Shown: positions 13,883-27,336 of the stretch, piece by piece
How the letters are laid out: each line of letters opens with the position of its first letter
Numbering within the stretch: position 1 is the stretch's first letter
Assembly: GCF_964355755.1 (NCBI RefSeq)
Contig: NC_092674.1
Span: forward strand, 19,592,001 to 19,656,000
DNA from: Antedon mediterranea
Taxonomy: Eukaryota; Animalia; Echinodermata
Direction of reading: 5' to 3'
DNA: 64,000 nucleotides
Translations under genes and position numbers: made by a program
The notes under the pieces: model-generated
Told to the model about the DNA's origin: nothing
Databases searched by the model: none
Seen by the model: the letters and a program-made list of their open reading frames with translations, nothing else

Positions 13883-16651
13883 TAAGGACTCTTGCACTGT
13901 TTCACGAACAGCGAATAACAATAAGGGAACTCCCTCATCCCATTCCTTTTCACATTGAAAACAATAGGTTTTAATAATATTCTTCAGTGTTTGATGAAAT
14001 CTCTCAAGTACCCCTTGAGACTGTGGATGGTAAGCACTTGAACTTATATGGGCAACACCTAACTGCTCTAAGACTTGTTTAAATATCTTTGACATGAAGT
14101 TTGATCCTTGATCGGACTGAACAGCTTTAGGCAATCCTACTCATGTAAAGAATTTTACCAATGCTTTAACAACATTCTTAGCTGTAATACGCCTAAGAGG
14201 AATCGCTTCTGGAAACCTACTTGATGCACACATTATTGTTAATAGATACTCATTTCCATTTTTAGTACGTGGTAGTGGTCCCACACAATCAACAATAACC
14301 CTTGAAAATGGTTCACCGAATGCAGGAATAGGCTTAAGTGGGGCTACTGTAACCTTTTGATTAGGCTTCCCCACTACCTGACACACATGACAGGATTTAC
14401 AATAGTTAGACACATCTTTTCTAAGACCTGGCCAAAAGAAATGCCTGATAATTTTGTCTACCGTTTTATTGACAGCTAAATGACCTGAAAGAAGATCATC
14501 ATGCGCAATACCAATAATATCCTGACGGTATCCACTAGGAATAACTATCTGGTGAATCTCATTCCAAACATCACTACTTGGAATATCTGGTGGCCTCCAC
14601 TTACACATAAGTATGCCATCCTTTATATAATAACAAACAGGAACAATAGACATTTCCTCTACAGAAAGAGCTTGGTGACCAAATGACACCAAATCAGGAT
14701 CTTTACTCTGCTCTGCCACTAACCTGGACCGATTGAGAACTGTTGGGCCGAAATCACACACTTTTGGGTGCTGTTGTTCGGCCTGGGCAGTGTGTGACTT
14801 GGGACCTGAGCAGACAGCCTCTTGGGAAACGCGATCCGTAATGTCTCCGTAAAAACTATTAAATATGCCATAGATCGCGTCACCGCACATGATGGAAACA
14901 CATGTGATAATTCTTTCTCTAAACACACCGTGCTTTCGTCTTCAACAGGACTCTTGCACACAACCGGTTCTACTGTCACTCTGTCTCCGGCCAAATCATT
15001 CCCCAAAAGGAGTGTGACACCCCATACTGGAAGACTCGGAACGACACCGACAACAAAATCTCCGCTAAAAATATCTGTTTCAATCCGAATTACATGAAGT
15101 GGGACTTCCTTATAACCCCCTTCAACACCTTGGATGAGCACACTTGCTCCAGCAGAAGACTCGTTTGAAAGTGACAATGCCGATTCTATTATCAGGGATT
15201 GTGACGCCCCTGTGTCTCTTAAGACACGAACTTTACTCAGATTCACATCGTTGATCAATGCTACAGAACCAGTAGAGAGGAAAAGCTTAAATAGCTTTCG
15301 CACTTTTTCCGGACCTGAAGATTGGATCAACTTCTCACTTTCATCACGTCATGACCCTCTGTCACTTTCAACGAGACTGTATTTACTAACGTGTTTGGAA
15401 GTAATTGGGGTTTCTTATTATCCCTTTAGATTTGTTTTGGAACAGCCAACAATCTGCCTTTATATGACCCTTTTTCTTGCAATAAAAACAAGTTCTTACA
15501 AATTTACTACTACTATTAACTGTAGCTTTCTGACATTGGACCTTAGAATCATCAACAGATTTGAAAACCGATTTGGTATTCACCACCTTGTGCGTGAGCA
15601 CATAATTATCGGCAACAGAAGCCACTTTCATTAAATTATCCACTTTCTGCTCCTCTAGATGTGTACGAACTTCAGTAGGGGAACAAGATTTAAACTCCTC
15701 AAATAACATAAGCCCACGAAGCTTTCCAAATTCACCCTTTACTCCTTCCGAACTACACCATCTATCAAAAAGGATCTGCTTCTTACGTGCAAATTCTGTA
15801 AAAGTTTGAAGGTTTACCGAAGTTCCTAAATTTCTGACGATACGCCTCTGGAACTAACTCATAAGCTGACAAAACAGCAGTTTTGACCGCATCATAGCTT
15901 TCACATTGATCATCAGCCAAAGCAGAAAATACCTCTTGGGCTTTACCCACAAGAGCAGTTTGTAACAACGCAGTCCAGTGTCTAGCAGGCCACTTTAATC
16001 TATTAGCAATTTTCTCAAAAGCTAAAAAATATGTCTCTACCTCGTCCTCATTAAACTTGGGAACCCATTTAATATTCTGAGTAATCTCTGAATCATTTAG
16101 GTGTAGAAACCCGTGTGGTGTGACCCATTTGGTTAGCTAATTCTAATTTCCTTAACTCAAATTCATGTTTTTCTTTTTCCATTTCTCTTTGAGTTTGCAT
16201 CTCTAGAATCTCTATTTTTCTTCTTTCAAAACATTTTCACGTTCCAACTCGATTCTAGCCAACTCGACCTCATTCCCCGCAGTTTTTACGGATTCTTGAG
16301 TAATTAAACCAACATGACTTCCAATCACATTTATCAAGTCATATTTATTCATGGAATCATTTATAGATGCTCCAACCCTAGTACCTAGGAGTCGCAAACG
16401 CTCCTCTGATAGCTGAGCTACCACCTCAATGGACATGCTATCCAAAAAAAATTCCTCGTCAAAATCACTTTCTGACATAGTTTCTATTTGAAACAAACAA
16501 ACAAAAACACAGGTTAAAATAATAACCAATATGACGATAATTTAGGCACCAGTAAAAAATTACCTGCAAAGCCCACATAGTATTAAACCTACCGTGCGCC
16601 GTGGTCTCAATAACTAGACCCCTAAAATCAAAGCCAAACCGACTTCTAGTA

Positions 16652-17461
16652 CTGGAGTACTACAAAATGATATTGACAAGTTATCACTTTGGTGTCGTGA
16701 ATCCCTAAATAGTAGTAAATGCAATGTCATGCACCTAGGATTTAATAATCCCAATCATTCTTATGAACTTGATGGGGTTATCCTAGATGAAGTAACAGAA
16801 CAAAAAGACTTGGGAGTGATTATTCATAAATTTCTTAAGACTAGTAAACAATGTGTAGCAGCAGCCAAAACAGCAAATCGAGTTTTAGGTACTATTAAAA
16901 GATCCATTAAATATAAATCAGTTGATATGATTAAATCGCTTTATATTGGATTAGTCAGGCCTCATCTCGAATTTGCAGTCCAGGCATGGTCTCCTCAACT
17001 AAGGAAAGACATTCTTTTATTAGAAAAAGTTCAGAGGAGAGCAACTAGGCTACCATCTAGTTTGCATGGCATGCCCTATGCAGATAGGTTAAAAGTTTTT
17101 AATTTAACAACCTTAGAAGAAAGACGACACAGAGGGGACATGATTCAAACATATAATTTTTTTTCTAACAAAGAGGCTATTGATAGTGATTTACTTTTTC
17201 AAAAGTCTGAATATACCGCCACTAGGGGTAAAACATAAATTGAAAAAGAATAATGCTCGATTAAATTGCCGTAGTCATTTTTTTACCCAACGAGCCGTAA
17301 ATTCATGGAATGCTCTCCCTGCCAGTACAGTAGAAGTTGACACAACCATACTATTTAAAAGACAATTTCAGAAGACGAGGGGGGCTAATAGAGGGCCACG
17401 ACCGGCCCACCAGCCTCTTGCACCACTCATTTAGAGTGGTGTACGGTGAGTTACGGTGAGT
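16652..17461 (+). mobile_element. 5'-truncated CR1-type LINE (RT C-terminus plus 3' UTR) inserted in the Gypsy leader
   Basis: MHLG, EQKDLGVII, RPHLEFAVQAWSP, LEKVQRRATRL; tandem tail (ACGGTGAGTT)x2; candidate TSD TAGTA at 16647-16651 and 17462-17466. Confidence 0.85.
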
Positions 17462-17645
17462 TAGTATCACAGGCAAGCCTACACAAGCCTAAAACAACAC
17501 AGTGTACTGGCTCGACGACCGCCAAACCTCGTTCGTTATAAAACGCCTCTAAACCTAAAACCAGCTTAGAATAAACAACTAAAATTACCATCAGTTCGAT
17601 CTACAACTACAATTCCGTACTTTGTTCACGTATGACCCCCAAATT

Positions 17646-17787
17646 TGTTACGGGCTCGCTCGTTAGGCTGAAACCAACAATAAGAACATAATAAAACACG
17701 TTGTAGTTGTCGTCCATCTTTATTCAACCCCTCTCTTTTACTCTAGAGGGCTCACTTCTGTGTGACAAACCCATCACAACTGTGACA
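17646..17787 (-). repeat. Putative 5' LTR of the Gmr1-like element with adjacent PBS-like TGGGGG
   Basis: Minus strand reads TGTCAC...AATAAA...GTAACA, then aatTTGGGGGTC, upstream of gag. There is no second LTR to confirm the length. Confidence 0.55.
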
Positions 17788-17816
17788 TGGGTAAGTGAAG
17801 TAGTTGCCGAGCGGTT

Positions 17817-18045
17817 AATAATAATACCACATTTATATAGCGCCCTTTTCATGAGTAATCATGCTCAAAGGCGCGTTACAAGGATTATTACCCCAGTATT
17901 TTTTGGGATCAAACACGTATGGAAACATACTCCCATAATGCAGCCGGTAACCAGCGCAAAGTTGTGTCTTAAATCTAACTGGGTACCCATTTATACACCT
18001 GGGTGGAGAGAGGCAACGTAAGTAAAGTATCTTGCCTACGGATAC
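17817..18045 (-). mobile_element. SINE 3' portion with an L2-like tail
   Basis: Minus strand ggcaagatactttac...cctctctccacccaggtgtataaatgggtaccc...ggcgctatataaatgtgg(tat)n. Confidence 0.7.
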
Positions 18046-18574
18046 AAGCAATAATAATATATAATAATTTATTTGGAAAACGCTTTTTGAACAGCGGCAC
18101 ACATAATAATGGTGCATCCTTAAAACAATTAAACATACAATATAAACAAATGAGTATAAAAATAAAGATAGACTAGATTAAAACAGATAATACTCAGATA
18201 AAACGGAAGTTCGATAAAACCAAATTAAAAATAAACTGTAACACTAAAACCAATTAAATGCAACCCACATACATAAGCTTGGACACTAAATTAGCATATC
18301 AATTAGTATATGAACAAAGGAATATACAGTACTTAGAATCTATGTTAAGATATACACATTCTTGATACACAGTGTCTACCAGCAAAAATAATAAGGAACA
18401 ATAGGAACCCAAATTAGGGACATCAATAAACAGGAAAGCATAGATTAAATTATTTCAGCTGTTGTGAATTATTTGATGACTGTAAACAGAATTGATATAA
18501 AAAAAAGAAAAAGAACATAGAACAAAGAAGTAAGATAACTAAACCAACTTACATACAATAAAAAATATAAAAAA

Positions 18575-18645
18575 TGCGGCGAGAGTTGGATTCGAACCTA
18601 GGTCTGACGATCGGTCCAACGTCCAACACACTGCGCCACACTGTT
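18575..18645 (-). pseudogene. Degenerate tRNA-like sequence
   Basis: Minus strand has an A-box-like TGGCGCAGTGT and B box GGTTCGAATCC, followed by TTTTT. Confidence 0.45.
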
Positions 18646-20074
18646 AAGACAGTGGAACCATAATTACGTAGCAATAAAATCGGCAAGGGTTCGAGACTCA
18701 CTCGCCCCATGGTTCTGGTGGTAGAACAAATCTTTTCGGATAGATAGATTCAGTTTATTTTTTGTTTTATGAAAATCGAATTTACAGATATCGATGATTG
18801 TTTGGCGAACCCCTGATGGATACATCTGCGTTTGTTCTCCAGTAGTCCGGTGGCAGGAAGGGGGAATCACCACCCGAAAGGGGACAAATTGCCATGCAAC
18901 TTTTCTAGACTAGAATTTTCCGTAGATTACGATCAGGATAGGAAGCGTTTTCGAGATATAAGGGGTCAAAGTTCAAAATTGACCAATTACAACAATGTAT
19001 TATGTATATGTATTATAACAAATTTATTGAAGCACAATTTGGTCTTTTATTACATTTTTATGATTATAAGTGTCTATTCAATCACCTTATGAAAAAAAAA
19101 TCCTTTGTGATTAAGGGTCAAATGTCAATATTGACCAATCATAGAATGTACCTATAAAACCAAATAAAAACTAGTATTTAATAAAAATTGGATGTTTTCT
19201 CATCCTGTTAATCAATCATACGCAATGTAAAAGAGCGAATACATCATTTCATCAGTTGACATAAGGTCAATTTCATCAGTTGACATAAGGTCAAAGGTCA
19301 ACATTTTAATACGCGTATTAGTTAACAAATAAATGCAAAGTTGTCCAAACTATGATATTAATGGTTTTACAAGTAATCAAATTATTTGATTAGTAAAGTT
19401 ATGTTATTTCATTATAATACTGTATTTAATCAAATCAGACTTCGATCAGGATAGGAAGCGAATAGGAAGAGATAAGGGTTCAAAGTTCAAAATTGACCAA
19501 TTATAACAATGTATTATAACCAATTTATTAAAGTTCAATTTGGTATTTTAATACATTTGTATGGTTATATGTATTGTATGGTGTTATTCAGTCGCCTTAT
19601 CAAACAAATACTTTGCAATTAAAGGTCAAATGTCAATATTGACCAATCACACAATTTGCATATAAAACCAAATAAAAACTAACATTTAAGACAAAATGTT
19701 ATGTTTTATCATTCTGTTAAGACATCTATCAATCATACACAATCAAAAGAGCACATTTATCATTACACAAGTTGACAAGGGTCAAAGGTCAACATTTGAA
19801 TAAATGATATACTAAATAATGCAAAGTTATTCAAACTATGAGATCAATGTTCATAAATGTAATCACGTTATTTGATCAGTGAAGTTATGGTATTTTTATA
19901 TTTTTAATAGTGCGCATTATTTTAAATGTATTAATATAATACTTTAAAATAAATAATAAAATTAATATTATGACGATTAAAATGTTATGATGTTAAAATG
20001 TTGCGCTGACCTTCAATGATTTGCCACTATACAGTTGCATTTATTAGGGCTACAATATTTGTTTTTGGAAAATA

Positions 20075-20226
20075 AACTACTATTCATCAGAACCAGAGAA
20101 TACCAATTCGTACAGGATAGGGCATAGGCAGATCCAGGTGGCCAAACTCAATCCACAACTTACTACACAGACAGACCACAATTTTTATATAGTTTGGCCC
20201 ATACAGGAAAGCCTTTCCTGTATACA
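20075..20226 (-). mobile_element. Possible miniature Helentron-type element
   Basis: 5' palindrome atacaggaaa-ggc-tttcctgtat, a short (GTCT) repeat, a partial subTIR tcctgta and a 3' end GTAGTT. Confidence 0.4.
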
Positions 20227-20239
20227 AAGGATTCTAAAA

Positions 20240-20765
20240 TAACCTATATGGATTTGCCCGAATGAACCCTCTAAGGACCCTTTTGGGATCTCTATGTGGT
20301 GTGCTACATAAGGCCCTGTATTAGAAATTAGTATGGGGTAAATAGTTCATAGATGAACTTTGGAATAAAACTAAATGTGCACCCTCAATCTTTAAATAAC
20401 ATTTATGGATTTGCCCAAATGAACCCAAGGGCCAGTCGTTCTCCATGGATGGACATTAAGCCCCATAATGGAAATATAATGGGTGACACTGCGGGTTTAT
20501 ATAGACAGGCAGAACCATGGAATAAAGCTGCCTGTGCACTCTCGATCCTTAAGGAACACTTATGGATTTGCCCAAATTAACCCAAGGGCTGGTCCTCCAT
20601 GGATGGACATTAAGCCCCATAATGGAAATATAATGGGTGACACTGTGGGTTTATATAGACAGGCACATGGAATAAAGCTGCCTGTGCACTCTCGATCCTT
20701 AAGGAACACTTATGGATTTACCCAAATTAACCCCCAAAGGCCGGTAGGGCCTACATGGATGGATA
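20240..20765. repeat. Diverged ~130-165-bp tandem repeat inside the Academ element
   Basis: tatggatttgccc-like motif recurs at ~20247, 20404, 20561 and 20711; ccatggatggacattaagccccataatgg occurs twice. Confidence 0.75.
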
Positions 20766-22080
20766 CCTGATTGAAATTGCTCAAAAGAAAGACATTGTGC
20801 TGTATAGTAATAGTATTATTCCCCTTCCACACCTCTTTGAATTAAATCCGCCCTGATAGGCTCTTATGTACAGGATTTCAAGGCAATAATCACACTTGTA
20901 TTTTTCAAACATTAGATTGAATAAAAATATCTATTATAAACAATTTGCCCTTAGAAATCTCTATGCCATGTCGTTATTTAGATGAGAAAAACAGGTCAAA
21001 GGTTAAAATTACAGAAAAATAGGTGTTTCAGTCACTTTTTGAAAAAAATGTTGCATTATGGCAAGTATAAACATATATATTGTGAACAATTTGACACCAA
21101 AATTGGCTCCTTACGACAAATATTTATTAATTTATGTTTTTATAACCTTATTCAATTATGTCAAAGGTTAATAACCACACTTCCGGTCATTTTCAAGCAA
21201 TATCATCTGTTATACTGAATATAAATGTATATCTTAGGAACAATTTGCTATTTTTAATTCTCTCCGACCTGCCGTTACTTAGATATAGCAAAAAGAGGTC
21301 AAAGGTCAAAATTGCTAACAATGGGGTTTCCGGTCAATTTTTCAAAGAAAGTTCTTTTAGAGCTAATATAAACATATACATTGTGAACAATTTGACACCA
21401 AAATTATCTCACTACGTCCAGAATTTCCAGAGATATAGCATGTTTTTATATTGGTCAATTTTGAACTTTGACCCCTTATATCTCGAAAACGCTTCCTATC
21501 CGGATCGATTACCTTCCATATTCGTAATCTACGGAAAATTCTGGTCTAGAAAAGTTGGATGGCAATTTTTCCCCTTTCGGGTGGTGATATCCCCCCCTCC
21601 TGCCACCGGACTACAGGCTATAGGCCTACTGGTATAAACTATAGTAGTTAAATAGCTGTTTTTACAAATTGTAAATATTAGTCAGTTGTATAAATTACTG
21701 AAAAAACAAATTCCTAGGAAGTATGAAACAATAGGTATTGTGTTTTGGGGTATATAACAATAGAGGTATTTACCGTATATAATTTAAATTACTTACATGC
21801 TATCTTGTTTAAAAGTGGGGTTAATTAAGTATGTTGCCTACTATATGCTGTATAATTTAAATTGTACAACTTGTAGTTCAGTTGTACAAAGTACTGAAAA
21901 GTAAATGACTAAGGAAGTATAAAACAATAGGTGTTGTGTTTCGGATATATAACAATTTAGGTATTATTTAATTTGATAGTTACATGACATCATGTATTGT
22001 CGGAAATTTTAAAAAGAGATAATTTTGTATGCACGTGCATGAGTAGGCCTATTTGATTAATAAAAAAATAAATAATAAAG

Positions 22081-22123
22081 TTGGGATCTTCCCGCGCAGG
22101 TTCGATCCCTGCTCGCAGCGCCA
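22081..22123 (+). pseudogene. 3' half of tRNA-Ser including CCA, fused to an LTR-like TGTTGTG end
   Basis: TTGGGATCTTCCCGCGCAGGTTCGATCCCTGCTCGCAGCG-CCA covers the long variable arm, T arm and acceptor strand of a Ser tRNA. Confidence 0.75.
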
Positions 22124-22124
22124 A

Positions 22125-22477
22125 TGTTGTGAATCGGCCGAGAGTGCGAAGCTACTACAACAATTATTACACAAGGCGTAGGCCTACTATAGCTTACCTT
22201 TTAGGCGGGACTGGTCTCTTGCTCCCTGGTAGCCGAGATGTGGTGTTATACCCAGAAGAGTACGAACAGTCTACTCCGATATGTGGCTGCTGGTAGTGAT
22301 AAACACTCAGGCCAGCCTAAGAGGACTAGACGTACCTTAAGTCCGTTGCTGTGTGCGTATGGCTACCCGGTGAGCAGTCCCTTAGTACTAGCTAGGCTAG
22401 TAGTGTTGAGCTTGACCCCTTGTGGCTCGTAGCTCGTAATAGTAGCATTGAGGCTTAAACTATTATTTACTGTAACA
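22125..22477 (-). mobile_element. Putative LTR remnant primed by tRNA-Ser
   Basis: Minus strand ...CACAACA-t-TGGCGCTGCGAGCAGGG has LTR-end plus PBS geometry. The far boundary (TGTTACA) is tentative. Confidence 0.45.
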
Positions 22478-22956
22478 GTGCATCTTGTTATTCCACCAAT
22501 ATTACCAATATTACCGTGGACTGGCTTATAAACCGCTCAGTCTAGGCAGCCCTCCCCCCTCCCCTTTACAGCGAACCCCCTTAACCGACTGCAAACCCCC
22601 ATCCCTGAAATGCCCAATACATCAACCTCATCTCTGATAATCCACCAAATAAGTGCCCCACACATAGGCCTACAAAAGGTTATACGTAAATTGAAAAATT
22701 CGTGAACTCGTTCGTGAATAACTCTCGATACATTCTTCGCTGTATGAGCGTACTTCGAGCGATACGTGTCTGTAAATTTCCAAGAGTTGCAAATGAATTT
22801 TCACCTGAAATCACTGGATGTAACATGATATTGACACGTGTATCACACTCATACAGTGAGCTGGTACGTGCACAAACGATTCGTACAAAGGACACCGCCA
22901 GACAACCGCGTACCTATATTGTTTAGAACACGGCAGTCAGCATGCATAAAAGTATA

Positions 22957-23396
22957 CCGTAAATCTTTTAATTATAACCATTGGTTATTGTTCTTTTTTA
23001 CTGTTTTTTAGTAGAAGGTTACTATTACTAATCCTAAATTAGGCACTTGAAAATAGTAACTCACCTCAACTATTCCGTTCAGCAAATCATAGCAAAATAA
23101 TAAAACAGTACGAATAAACAAATTTGTTTGAACTCTAACTTTATTTTATAAACTCAAAAACACTCAATCCTTCCCCACTCCCGAGATCAACATGCATTAT
23201 CTCCTTATTTTCAAAATACGGCTACATCATAAATGACCAGTCTTCAATTCATGATGTAATTTTGTCAATAGTTTTTGTGACTCTAATATTAACCCATGGG
23301 TTACTATTAGAGTAGTGGATTATTATTATAGATTTACTTATAAGGTTGGTTACTATTAGAAGGAGAGAGTGTGAGTTACTATTAGAAGATTTACGG
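22957..23396. mobile_element. Tc1/mariner-pogo-type MITE
   Basis: TA|ccgtaaatctt ... aagatttacgg|TA; repeated gttactattaga subterminal motifs. Confidence 0.8.
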
Positions 23397-23462
23397 TATA
23401 GCCTTCCGACGTACATAAAAAATGGAACGCTGCGGTTACCTACAGTATTGATGTGTGGCTAT

Positions 23463-25442
23463 TAGTAGGCATGTTAAGGTGCATATTTTAGGCAAATCCT
23501 TCAAATTGTGATAATATTTTGAAACTTTGCACAGTTATTCATTAGGGTGTCAAAAACATGAAATGGAAGGGTTGCACAAAATTTGGTCAGGGGAAAGCCG
23601 CCATTTTGGATTTCAAAATGGCGGACCCCAAATTTTCACTTTTTAGGTATATCTCTGCTAAAAAGGAGGGTCGTTAAAGCCAGCGGGAGCATGCCCAACA
23701 ATTGGACCACATTTTTTAGATTTGATGACAACAAATCAGAGTGGTTTTCATTTATTGTAACTGAAGTAGTAGAGAACATTGGCACAAATCACGGAATGTT
23801 TGTAGGGTCTTTGGGAGAGAGAGAGCTGTAACAAACCAGTAAATATACAATCGCTGATGCCATGTAACATAGAAGAGGCAGATAAACGTATGTTTGTTCA
23901 CGTTAAACTCGCCGCTGAAATTTTCCACGCATTGTCAAGACTGTACACAGTGATGTTGTTGTCAGCTTTCCACAGAATACCTGGCATCCACGAGCTTCTG
24001 ATCGAGTTTGGAGTGGGGAAGCACTTGAAGTACATCCCAATACACGAGATTGCTTCTTCTCTTGGATCACAAGCATCAGCCGCTTACTTGTTCTTTCATA
24101 CCATTAGCGGTTGTGATAGAACTTCATCTGTTTAAGGAAAAGGTAAAGATACATTTAACGAGACTTTGAAAAAGATGCCATGTATGACTCCAGTTTTTGA
24201 GAGGATGTCATTGTCTGTAGGGCATGTTAGTGAAACAAACACAGATTATCTAGAACAGTTTGTTGTAACTATGTCTACTGCAGAACATTTAATGATGCAA
24301 TACGATATCTTTTTACAACAAGAGAAAGACTATTGAAAATATCCCCCAACATCTGCGGCATTAAGAGAACATGTGAAACGGAAGCCAGGAAGTGGTACGA
24401 CTGTCTAGATGCATTCGGGGTTGAACAGGACCCAGCGAACTGGGGATAGAGGAAGGACGGCAACAAATTTAGTACAGCTTGGAGTTCATTGCTTGGAGAA
24501 CTTTCAGATGTCACAAAGGTTTTAATTCGCTTTGGACACACTGACTGTGATCTTGGATGCTGTAAATGCAGAAAGAGTAATTTACGATTTACAGAGCTGT
24601 GTGGTTGCCAGGGAAAATGTGACCTACAATAAGTGTCCGTGTTAAATGCATGTAATTATGAACATAAACAAATAGTGTAAAGCCAGTACGGGTTGAGCTA
24701 CATTCAAAATGGCCGCCATGTAATCAATGACGTTTTACTAATATGTTTGTTGACCTCAATACTATAATTATTATACTTTGTACCTAAAATTATAACTGTA
24801 GGTACCGTACTGAAACATTTTGAGTTCGCCATTTTGAAATTCAAAATGACCGCCATGCAATAAAAATGTCAGTTAAATACCAATATGTTTGGTGACCCCA
24901 TTAACATATAATTTGCACCTAAAATCAGAACTCTAGGGGCCTTTTTAGCAGAGATATACCTGAAAAATGGAAATTTGAAATCCGCCATTTTGAAATCCAA
25001 CATGGCCGCCATGGAATCAAAAATGTTAGTTATACCAGTATGTTTGGTGACCGCACTACCATATAATTTGCACCTAAAATCAGAACTTTAGGTGCCTCTT
25101 TACCAGAGAAATACCTAAAAAGTGAAAATTTGAAGTCCGCAATTTTGAAATCCAACATGGCCGCCATGCAATTAAAATGTTAGTTATACCAATATGTTTG
25201 GTGACCCCATTACCATATAATTTGCACCTAAATTCAGAACTCTAGGTGCCTATTTAGCAGAGATATACCTGAAAAGTGAACAATTTGGGTCCGCCATTTT
25301 GAAATCCAAAATGGCGGCTTTCCCCTGACCAAATTTTGTGCAACACTTCTATTTCATATTTTTGACACCCTAATGAATAACTGTGCAAAGTTTCAGAATG
25401 TTATCACAATTTGAAGTATTGGGTCACTTAACAGGCCTACTA
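23463..25442 (+). mobile_element. Internally deleted AcademX transposon
   Basis: TAG...CTA termini, ~200-bp TIRs and 3-bp TSD TAT (23460-23462, 25443-25445). Internal remnants IEEADKRMFVH, FHTISGCDRTS and a Cys-rich CKCRKSNLRFTELCGCQGKC end; ~120-bp subterminal tandem repeats at 24700-25300. Confidence 0.9.
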
Positions 25443-25465
25443 TATGAAGTATAGTGTATCATCAT

Positions 25466-27336
25466 CAGGCCCGTAGCCAGAATGCATCAGAGGGGGGTTT
25501 TCTTGACACCAAGTATTTTGCGAGCGCAGCGAGCAACTGTAGGCTGGGGGCCAGGGGGCCGCCAAGGGCCCCCGGTGGGGGTCCAGGGGGCGAAGTCCCC
25601 TGGAAGCTTTGGCTCTCAGAGCAATTTCGGTTGTTTTAATAAGCTTACAGAGACATTTTTTACCTACTAAAATCTGAGTTATGCAGAGAAATTATATAGT
25701 ACAGTATTATGGAAGTTAGTAGTACTGATCATGAAATACAGCTTTATTGTTGCAAAAAAGTATATTATATTAGGCCCTTAAATAATTTCTTATCCTATAA
25801 ACATAAAAAACAAATAATACCGTATATTTCGGTGTACAAGTCGCACCTGTGTATAAGACGCACCCATAACGGAGACGGAAATATTAGTATTTATGTAGTC
25901 GATGCATAAGACGCACTTATTTCTAGGCCGAAATTTAAACATTTTACAATCAAAACAATGGTATTTTAATAATAAAACAACGATATTTGAGACATATTTA
26001 TTAGAATCAAATGATATAATTTTGTTTGATTGCCTTTATTACATCGTAATCAGTCTCTACTTCAACTACTTAAACTGAACATTCAATGAAAAGGGAAATC
26101 CCCATATTGTTTCAGTTACGATGCACTGTGTGGGTAGGGCTAGCCTATGTCATTTAAGTAACTTTAATTTCATATTATTTAAATATATACCTTCTTATTG
26201 TGTGTATGACCATTATAAGATCAATCCAAATGATGTTCAGTTTTTTGGGCTGATAATGAACCAGGAATTTCCATGCATGCATTACAGCAATATGAGGAGA
26301 AAAGAGCACTGTGCTCCTTGCCTGGTGGCCAGCACTGTTGGCCATATACACTATGAGATTAGGGGAAGCTACTTAACACAATAACAACACACTCTTTTAG
26401 ATATTGCTTGACATACGAACTATTGCCTACATGATTATAAAATTATGTGATTGTTGACATAGAGATGTAATAAAAATAAACCACCGTGATCAAGGGAAAT
26501 AGTTATTGTGTAATTAAAATGTGACACCACCGTAATTAATGGACTCTTCCATAAATGTGTTGCGCTGTGATGCTGCATGCTGCTAGTACACACCCGCGAG
26601 TTCAGAGGGTATTACTAGGCCTGGGTAGAATATCTAATGCGTACTGTAATATTAATTAATACAGTCGAGGATGACAATTTACCTTAACTAAAAATTCAAT
26701 AAACTTGTTACCACACTGTGGTTAGACAGGAGTGAGTAACTAGCTAGGCCTACATTGCAGAGTAGTACACTATTTTTAATTAATTTAAATATTAGTAGGT
26801 AATTAAATTAATTAGGGTAACATTTAGAGGTCAAATTTGCGTGTCAAAAGTGCGTCTTATACACCGAAATATACGGTAGGCCTACGTACACGTACCAATT
26901 TAACTCAACACCATTTTTATTCAAGTTTACACAGTGAAATTCTTTGGTTTAATGAAAAATATTTCCAGGAAAAAAATTAAAATCCCCAAAAAGATTGAAC
27001 TGAACTGAACGTGATCTTATGCGTTCCGAAAAACCCGGCCGAAGCACGCTATTGGTCAGTCCATTTTTCTGTCATATTTATAACCATCATCTCTCAACAA
27101 TCTCTCGATCTCACGCTCAGCAGTGACTTTGACATCGGACAATCTGTATACTCGATCGATTTAAACATAGTCAATAGAAGTAAAATGACCAAAAAATCTG
27201 CTATAATTGATAATTAATTGCACGATTTTGGAAGTGGGGCCTTTTTTTTTCAAGGGGGGTTCGCTGGTAAAAGGGGGGTTCGCGCAAAAGGGGGGGTTCG
27301 CCCGAACCCCAAAAAACCCCCCTGGCTACGGGCCTG
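25466..27336. mobile_element. Non-autonomous hAT element
   Basis: TIR caggcccgtagccag / ctggctacgggcctg; 8-bp TSD ATCATCAT at 25458-25465 and 27337-27344. Confidence 0.9.
25820..26876. mobile_element. pogo/Tigger-like non-autonomous element nested in the hAT
   Basis: TA|ccgtatatttcggtgtacaagtcgcac ... gtgcgtcttatacaccgaaatatacgg|TA. Confidence 0.85.

Larger units (their letters stand above)
12423..17787 (-). mobile_element. Gmr1-like Ty3/Gypsy LTR retrotransposon (Gag-ZnK-PR-INT-RT order), degenerate
   Basis: On the minus strand: Gag (LQTALVGKAQEVF; LFEEFK; CFYCKKKGHIKADC), protease LRDTGASQS (~15215), integrase (H-H-CxxC, VDCVGPLP, SDQGSNF, ERFHQTLK; 13350-14560), then RT (FDILKGNWQ, MPFGL, YIDD; 12430-12960). 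Confidence 0.92.
18843..21613. mobile_element. Non-autonomous Academ element
   Basis: TAG...CTA termini; ~150-bp TIR (tagtccggtggcagga / tcctgccaccggacta); 3-bp TSD CAG at 18840-18842 and 21614-21616; internal ~500-bp duplication (18930-19420 / 19440-19900). Confidence 0.88.
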
